Origin: a virus
Taxonomy: Duplodnaviria; Caudoviricetes
Direction: 5' to 3' (one strand)
Length of the DNA stretch: 64,000 nt
Virus record (IMG/VR): IMGVR_UViG_3300013383_000002
Span: 32,001 to 96,000 of that record
Below, piece by piece: positions 58,483 through 64,000 of the stretch. The notes under the pieces were generated by a model that was given only the letters and a program-made list of their open reading frames with translations, was not told the DNA's origin and searched no databases. The position numbers and the translations under genes were made by a program. Position 1 is the first letter of the stretch. Every line of letters starts with the position of its first letter.

Positions 58483-59232
58483 ATGAATACAATAATTTTG
58501 CCACATGGTAATGGCGCACCCTCTTTGGCTAATTTGCCAAATTATGGATTAGGAGTGGATACAAAAAATTATCTACTTTACTATCGTAATAATAATGTAA
58601 TAGTTCCAATCAGCGCTCCTACACAAATTTTTGTTTCTGGTAGTGAACCTACCAGTGATAAAGATATGATTTGGTTTGATGATAGCGCGCAAGAAGAAGT
58701 TTATTTTATGAAAATAAAGAAAGCCGGTAGTTCTGATTGGTATACCCCGCTAACCCACCTGGATACTGGAACGACCGGCATTCTGAAGACAAACAAGGGC
58801 GGAACTGGCAAAAGTTCTTGGACGGCTAGTCAGCTAGTCTATGCCCCAAACGCTAATTCTCTTGGTCAAATTACAAATGCTGTTGGTGCTCTTTATTATG
58901 ATGGCAGTGGGACACCAAAATTTGGGACTTTACCTTTGACAAAAGGTGGTACCGGCGCAACTTCTAAGAGTGGAGCACAGAAGAGCTTGGGTATCCAATA
59001 TGGTACGGCTAGTATTACTACTAGAACTTCTGGTGCGAATTCAACAGTGAATGTAACCTTCCCGACTGCGTATTCTTCTGTACCAAAAGTAATCGTCAGC
59101 CAAGTATTCAATGATAAGAATATTGTGGTGTTGAAAGAAAACGTGAGCGCAACTGGTTTCACTGCTACTCTTGAAAGCGGTTTTTCAAGTGTAGTTACAA
59201 GAGAATTTGATTGGATTGCTATTTCTAGCTAA
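58483..59232 (+). CDS. tail-fibre-like protein with C-terminal H-type lectin-like domain
   Basis: KGGTG repeats; VTFPTAYSSVP.V...SATGF...DWIA. Confidence 0.7.
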   Translation: MNTIILPHGNGAPSLANLPNYGLGVDTKNYLLYYRNNNVIVPISAPTQIFVSGSEPTSDKDMIWFDDSAQEEVYFMKIKKAGSSDWYTPLTHLDTGTTGILKTNKGGTGKSSWTASQLVYAPNANSLGQITNAVGALYYDGSGTPKFGTLPLTKGGTGATSKSGAQKSLGIQYGTASITTRTSGANSTVNVTFPTAYSSVPKVIVSQVFNDKNIVVLKENVSATGFTATLESGFSSVVTREFDWIAISS

Positions 59233-59280
59233 AAGGAGGCGAGAACAATTTCTACTACAACTACTACTTCTAATTTTGTT

Positions 59281-60363
59281 GTGAATAAGTTTCCAGATAG
59301 AGATACTTATCAGAAGATAAAGGATAAACATTTATTGGGCGCAGATGACATCAACGTCTTGGAAGATTATCCGGGATTAGAATGGAAGGGTGAATACTCT
59401 GAGACAGTAACTTATTATAAGGGCGCGATTATCTTTTATGAGAATGGCCTTTATGTAATGACCAGTTATGGCGCTACCGGTGCTATTCCTGGTTTTGATG
59501 AAGAGTGGGAACTTTTTGGTAAATATGGTGTTACAGAGGATGATATAAAGACAGGACTTGGATATACTCCGGCTGATAGCACAAAATATCTTCCACTAAT
59601 TGGAGGCACTCTTACTGGTAATTTGACTGGTAAATATATTACCGGAACTTGGCTTCAAGCAACAGGAGCTGGCCATCTGGCTACTGTGCCTGAAAAAATT
59701 CCTGTTTTTGATAGTGCAGGCTGGATTTATTATAGAACCCCATCTGAGCTTTTGAGCGATATCGGTGGGAGTTCGGGATATACCTTGACGGAAGATGATA
59801 AGACAGAAATAGCGGGGAAAGTTGCCGAAGACGGTGTTGAATTTACTTTAGTTGATATGCCTACCGGATCAGGACTCCCGACTAGTACAACGAGCGATGC
59901 GGGGAAGCTGCTGCAGGTCGGCGCGGACGGCACGGCCGAGTGGGGCGACAAGCTGCCGACGGCGCTGAAAAACCCAAAGACACTGACATTTACGGGGGCG
60001 GCGACGGGGACCTACGACGGCTCTGCGGCGCTGACGGTAAACATTCCGACGGGCGGGTCTTCCGGCGGCTCCGGCGGGTCGCTGAAGGCGTTGAGCCGCG
60101 TGTCCTCGTACATCGGCATCCCGGCGGCGGACCTGCCGGAAAACGGCGTTGTGTGGGTGAGCTTCGGGGCGGGCGAAAACATGGAGCTGTACACCGGCAC
60201 GATCACGATACAGGACGCCGGAATCGCGACGAGCGACATGCTTGCGATCACAAACGGGACGGTAAACCCGCTCAATCAGGTCGCGTGGGTCAGCGACGGA
60301 ATCGCATTTTACGGGATGACGACGTCGAACTACCGCGGCGTGTACATGGTCGTAAGCGGATAG
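59281..60363 (+). CDS. chimeric tail-fibre/structural protein (start may be slightly upstream)
   Basis: LGYTP, YLPLIGGTLTG, TYDGSAA; GC content jumps mid-gene at ~59890. Confidence 0.7.
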   Translation: MNKFPDRDTYQKIKDKHLLGADDINVLEDYPGLEWKGEYSETVTYYKGAIIFYENGLYVMTSYGATGAIPGFDEEWELFGKYGVTEDDIKTGLGYTPADSTKYLPLIGGTLTGNLTGKYITGTWLQATGAGHLATVPEKIPVFDSAGWIYYRTPSELLSDIGGSSGYTLTEDDKTEIAGKVAEDGVEFTLVDMPTGSGLPTSTTSDAGKLLQVGADGTAEWGDKLPTALKNPKTLTFTGAATGTYDGSAALTVNIPTGGSSGGSGGSLKALSRVSSYIGIPAADLPENGVVWVSFGAGENMELYTGTITIQDAGIATSDMLAITNGTVNPLNQVAWVSDGIAFYGMTTSNYRGVYMVVSG

Positions 60364-60371
60364 GAGGGCAT

Positions 60372-60911
60372 ATGGGCATCACAAAACTCAAGGATATCGA
60401 CACGAGCGGCCTGAGCGAGGCCGACCTGCAGACGCTGCAGGCGACGGAGGCGCGATACGAGGCTGCAGAAAAGCACCGGCCGCTGACGGTCGGCGAGGTT
60501 GCCGGGATGCTGATCCGGCAGCAGATCAACACGCTGGCGGTGGACGACCAGACGGCGCTGCGGATGATCGAGTTTTATCCGGCGTGGAAGAGCGGCAAGG
60601 CCTACGCAGCGGGCGACAAGTTTGTCTCCGGCGGCAAGCTCTACAAGGTGCTGCAGGCGCACACGTCGCAGGAGACGTGGGTGCCGGGCGCAGCGGGGAC
60701 GGAGAGTCTGTACGAGCGCATCGACGAGGAGCACGACGGTACAAAGTACGATCCGATCCCCTACGACGGAAACATGGCGCTCGAAAACGGCAAGTATTAC
60801 ACGCAGGGCGGCGTGCTGTACCACTGCACGCGCGACACCGGTAATCCCGTCTACAACGCGCTGAGCGAGCTTGTGGGCATCTACGTGGAGGTGGTCAGCG
60901 ATGGCGACTAA
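60372..60911 (+). CDS. carbohydrate-binding (CBM5/12-like) phage protein
   Basis: GGAGG RBS; YPAW..GKAY..GD....GKLYKVLQAHTSQ..W.P. Confidence 0.7.
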   Translation: MGITKLKDIDTSGLSEADLQTLQATEARYEAAEKHRPLTVGEVAGMLIRQQINTLAVDDQTALRMIEFYPAWKSGKAYAAGDKFVSGGKLYKVLQAHTSQETWVPGAAGTESLYERIDEEHDGTKYDPIPYDGNMALENGKYYTQGGVLYHCTRDTGNPVYNALSELVGIYVEVVSDGD

Positions 60912-61914
60912 GGTGCTGGTCAAGGACGGGAAGCTTGCGACGTATGGGGGTAAGGTCGTGGAGGTGGAGGCCGGGGCAGATATCGGCCTCGGGATCACAG
61001 GCGCAGCAGCCGGGAAGCTGGTAAAAATTGTAACAGTCGACGAAAACGGCGTCCCGACAAAGCTGGGCACGGGGAGCGCAGTGCTCGCCGCCGCTCCGGC
61101 GTTTGCCGCAAGCGTCGCGGCGATGACGGACACGAGCAAGGTGTACATCGGGGCCAATGGGCATCTGTGGGCCTATCAGCAGTCGACCGAGCAGCAGGCA
61201 GCTGCAGAGAATGTTTTTTCAAAGTCCGGCGTGCAGCTCAACATGCGGCTAAAGACAAACGGCGTAGCTACTGGCGCGCAGGACGGCATGGCGATCTCCG
61301 ACTTTATTCCGGTGGACCTCAGCACAGACCCGTTCTGGGTCTGGTTCAAGGGTTGGAATCTGAAGGCTTCGGAAGGATGGAGCTTATACACCAAGGTGTA
61401 TTATTACGATTCTAGTAAAGCGTGCCTCGGTGGCTACGACATGAGCGTCCCGCCCGCGACGCTGAATTACATCAACATGATCGACGATGGGGATTACAAA
61501 AAGTTTAAGGCGGGGTATGCGGAGACAACTGCTATGGATGCGTCCACTGAGGCAAAACTGAGCTTTTACTCCAATATCAAGTACATCCGTTTTAACATGC
61601 TCGTGGTCCCCGGCAGCACCAGTCCCGCAGCGGCGACGGAGTCGAATCTGGATGGGATCGGAATCTATCTCAACCAGAACCCGAACGAGACGTCCGAAGT
61701 GGTGACGAACGCATGGGCAGATACCGGCATTACCTACGCGCAGACGGCGCTGACGCAGGCGGACAAGGAAGCGATTGCCGAGATCGTGCTGGAGCAGCTG
61801 GGCAGTCCTTACGTCACGGCCGCCAATGTGTTGGGAATGCCGGAGAGCGGGACAATCGTGTATGCGGATGCAAGCGGTGTGCTCCCCGATGCGGAGCCGA
61901 TCGGGGAGGTATAG
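60901..61914 (+). CDS. hypothetical tail-associated protein
   Basis: GGAGG before ATG 60901; LGITGAAAG..VKI..VDENG.P. Confidence 0.65.
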   Translation: MATKVLVKDGKLATYGGKVVEVEAGADIGLGITGAAAGKLVKIVTVDENGVPTKLGTGSAVLAAAPAFAASVAAMTDTSKVYIGANGHLWAYQQSTEQQAAAENVFSKSGVQLNMRLKTNGVATGAQDGMAISDFIPVDLSTDPFWVWFKGWNLKASEGWSLYTKVYYYDSSKACLGGYDMSVPPATLNYINMIDDGDYKKFKAGYAETTAMDASTEAKLSFYSNIKYIRFNMLVVPGSTSPAAATESNLDGIGIYLNQNPNETSEVVTNAWADTGITYAQTALTQADKEAIAEIVLEQLGSPYVTAANVLGMPESGTIVYADASGVLPDAEPIGEV

Positions 61915-61915
61915 C

Positions 61916-63040
61916 ATGGCGTATGTGTACAAAGGCCTTATCCCAGAAAATATAGCCCCGCCGGGGGCGACGGGGCTGCGGCTTACGAACAAGCGGGGGA
62001 CTGCGGTCGCCTCGTCGAAGCTGCCGCAGCGGATGAAATATCCAAGCAGCGGACGGCAGTATAGCTTCCTCGCGTTGTCGGATGTGCATATCACATACAA
62101 CACAGCGGCAGAGGACTTCCAACGCGCGCTGCAATTCGCGGAAAACAACGACGTCAAATTTACCTGCATCTGCGGGGACCTGACTGACTATGGAACACCG
62201 GCCCAAATGAGCCAATACAAGGCGATCGTCGACGCAAACGCGCCAACAAAGCCGGTGTATGCGATCGCTGGGAACCACGAAACAATCAACGCGGCAGTTG
62301 TGGACAGTTATATCCAGCAATATACCGGTAAACCTCTGTACTACTCCTTCGGCGTCGGTGCGGACGGTGCGCTGAAAGAAAATGACTTTTCGCACGCCGT
62401 GAAAACCTACGGTGATACCGTGCAGGATGTTTTTGTGATGGTCGGAAATTACGCCTGCTATGACCAGACGGTAAAGGATTTCCTGCCGGGGGAACAGTTT
62501 TCAACGGCGGAACTGCAATGGCTGTACGAGACGCTGGAGGCAAATAGGAGCAAGCGCTGCATCGTGTTTCAGCACATCTTCCCATGGGGCGGAGTCGGGA
62601 ATGCCGGGGGCTATTACAAGTCCAATTTCTGGCGGGGGAGCACCGAGGGTACACAAAAACAAGCGAATTGTTTCGAAGCACTCATGAAGCACTACAAGAA
62701 CGTGATCTGGTTCCACGGGCATTCCCACCTGAAATTTTATCTGCAGGAGATCGACAAAAGGGCAAATTATTCCGCCGAAGATGGCTACCGCTCCGTACAC
62801 ATCCCGTCACTGTCCGTACCGCGGGATATCCAGAGCGGCGCGCTTACGACGATCTACGCAGACTCCGAGGGTTATCAGATCGATGTTTTTGCGGGCAATC
62901 TGGTGCTGCGGGGACGAGACTTTATCGACAACGGCAACGACGGGACATGGCTGCCGATCGCGACGTACAAGATCGATACGCCAATCACAGAGGTATCCGC
63001 CGGAACCTTTACAGACCCGTCTGGGATCATCACGACATAG
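61916..63040 (+). CDS. calcineurin-like metallophosphoesterase
   Basis: SDVH, CGDL, GNHE, FQH and HGHSH motifs. Confidence 0.88.
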   Translation: MAYVYKGLIPENIAPPGATGLRLTNKRGTAVASSKLPQRMKYPSSGRQYSFLALSDVHITYNTAAEDFQRALQFAENNDVKFTCICGDLTDYGTPAQMSQYKAIVDANAPTKPVYAIAGNHETINAAVVDSYIQQYTGKPLYYSFGVGADGALKENDFSHAVKTYGDTVQDVFVMVGNYACYDQTVKDFLPGEQFSTAELQWLYETLEANRSKRCIVFQHIFPWGGVGNAGGYYKSNFWRGSTEGTQKQANCFEALMKHYKNVIWFHGHSHLKFYLQEIDKRANYSAEDGYRSVHIPSLSVPRDIQSGALTTIYADSEGYQIDVFAGNLVLRGRDFIDNGNDGTWLPIATYKIDTPITEVSAGTFTDPSGIITT

Positions 63041-63050
63041 GAGGCCAAGC

Positions 63051-63252
63051 ATGATCTACTTTGTACCGGGGATGTACATCGAGGAGGGGATGCGGTACAC
63101 CGATGGGGTGCGGCGGTATATCGCGATCCGGTCTGGGCAGGCGGAGAGCCTTACACCTTTCAATGAGTGTAGCAGGTGCCGTAACTATTGATAGTTCTTC
63201 AATCGTACCAGCTAGTTCTCTTTCAATTGTTGCAAGCGCAACGAATGAATAA
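63051..63252 (+). pseudogene. junction remnant: truncated GC-rich ORF abutting the C-terminal fragment of an AT-rich gene
   Basis: MIYFVPGMY...QAES is cut at ~63150; another frame reads LHLSMSVAGAVTID...ATNE* without its own start. Confidence 0.5.
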
Positions 63253-63296
63253 AATCACTTATTTCTTATAGAATAATTTTGAAGGAGTTGAAAATT

Positions 63297-64000
63297 TTGG
63301 AACTCGAAAATAAAGAAATTATCAATTTTGCAGAGCGCAATAATTTCAAAGCATCTCCCCTGGTTTTGGATACAGTGATAAACCAAAATTCTTTGGGGGG
63401 GGGCGCGGATTGGCTAGAAAATAACCCGGAAGCGAAAAGTTATATAAAAAATAGAACACATTGGAAAGAGCATGAAGATAGGATTCTAATTGAGGACGAA
63501 GAGGTGGTTTTTACTCCTATGCCAGATGAGGACTGGGAAAAAAAACCAGAAAGAGGGCGATATATAACTTGTTATCTTTCTTTTTCCGCCACTGAAATTG
63601 ACTTCCGTTATTCTGATTTTGAAATTGCGGTAGATGGAGTTATTTGTTATACCGAAGAAAAAGAAAGGAGTTCTGGTCAAATCAAATTGAGGGTCCTTCT
63701 ACCAACTGAAGAGATGGTACAAGTTATCATTTACAAGGCGCCCTGCGGCGGCGGGTATGGGATAAACATCGACCGCTATAATAACCTTTCAGGAAATTTT
63801 ACTATTACCATAAAAGAAAAAATTCCTATCTATTTCCCAATTGATGATAATTATTTGGTTTCAAAACTTTCCGTTTTCACGGTTGAGCTAGATGATTCTG
63901 ATATAATAAACGTACCTTTGAACTTTCGTAATGGTATTATTTTTTGTGTCACAAAAAAAAATCCTAATAATTATCACTGCGCCAGTATCTATGCAATCCA
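63297..64000 (+). CDS. tail-fibre-like protein, 3'-truncated by the window; contains a G9 tract
   Basis: AAGGAG plus TTG; frame open to the window end; DW..N.....YIKNRTH motif. Confidence 0.65.
   Translation, partial: MELENKEIINFAERNNFKASPLVLDTVINQNSLGGGADWLENNPEAKSYIKNRTHWKEHEDRILIEDEEVVFTPMPDEDWEKKPERGRYITCYLSFSATEIDFRYSDFEIAVDGVICYTEEKERSSGQIKLRVLLPTEEMVQVIIYKAPCGGGYGINIDRYNNLSGNFTITIKEKIPIYFPIDDNYLVSKLSVFTVELDDSDIINVPLNFRNGIIFCVTKKNPNNYHCASIYAI

Larger units (their letters stand above)
59890..63150 (+). other. GC-rich horizontally acquired module
   Basis: Abrupt switch to GC-ending codons in frame within a gene, with an abrupt return at ~63150. Confidence 0.85.

Noticed and set aside
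59940-63191. Many overlapping alternative-frame ORFs in the GC-rich segment
   Set aside because: Expected from stop-codon scarcity at high GC; one RBS-supported plus-strand set tiles the region.
1-64000. Stop-codon recoding, as often accompanies theta ribozymes
   Set aside because: Long genes are intact under the standard code, TAG and TGA end coupled genes (e.g. TAGTG at 23674), and no suppressor tRNA was seen. The breaks are explained by introns or frameshifts.
58483-64000. Diversity-generating retroelement acting on tail genes
   Set aside because: No reverse transcriptase and no template/variable repeat pair seen in this window.

Overview
64 kb of an AT-rich, large tailed-phage genome with sigmaA-type promoters and GGAGG RBSs (Firmicutes/Clostridia-type host inferred; standard genetic code). 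Layout: end of a structural gene (1-2.8 kb, +); a long minus-strand nucleotide-metabolism and replication arm (RuvC, dUTPase, ThyX-like, deaminase, class II RNR, DnaE, methyltransferase plus nuclease, RecJ, primase, DnaB, AAA/Sak4-like ATPase, SSB-like, GyrA/GyrB); a divergence point with a 23-bp iteron-like array at 38.4 kb (probable origin); a plus-strand arm (RNase H, glycosyltransferase, kinase, UvrD, ligase); a ~4 kb non-coding RNA island (49.2-53.2 kb); ClpP, PhoH, kinase-like and SleB genes; and tail-fibre-like genes carrying a ~3.3 kb GC-rich foreign module. The replication arm holds 6 group I introns (three in one gene, with splice sites reconstructed in frame) and 2 inteins. The most striking region is the RNA island. 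Among 7 tRNA or tRNA-like genes it contains a compact OLE-like RNA, a ROOL-like RNA, a theta (HDV-like) ribozyme, a tRNA-Ile-like molecule with a ~190-nt insertion in its variable loop, a pseudoknotted double-T-arm RNA and an ArfA-like peptide. RNA family names come from my recall of consensus motifs and from manual base-pairing, and need covariance-model confirmation.
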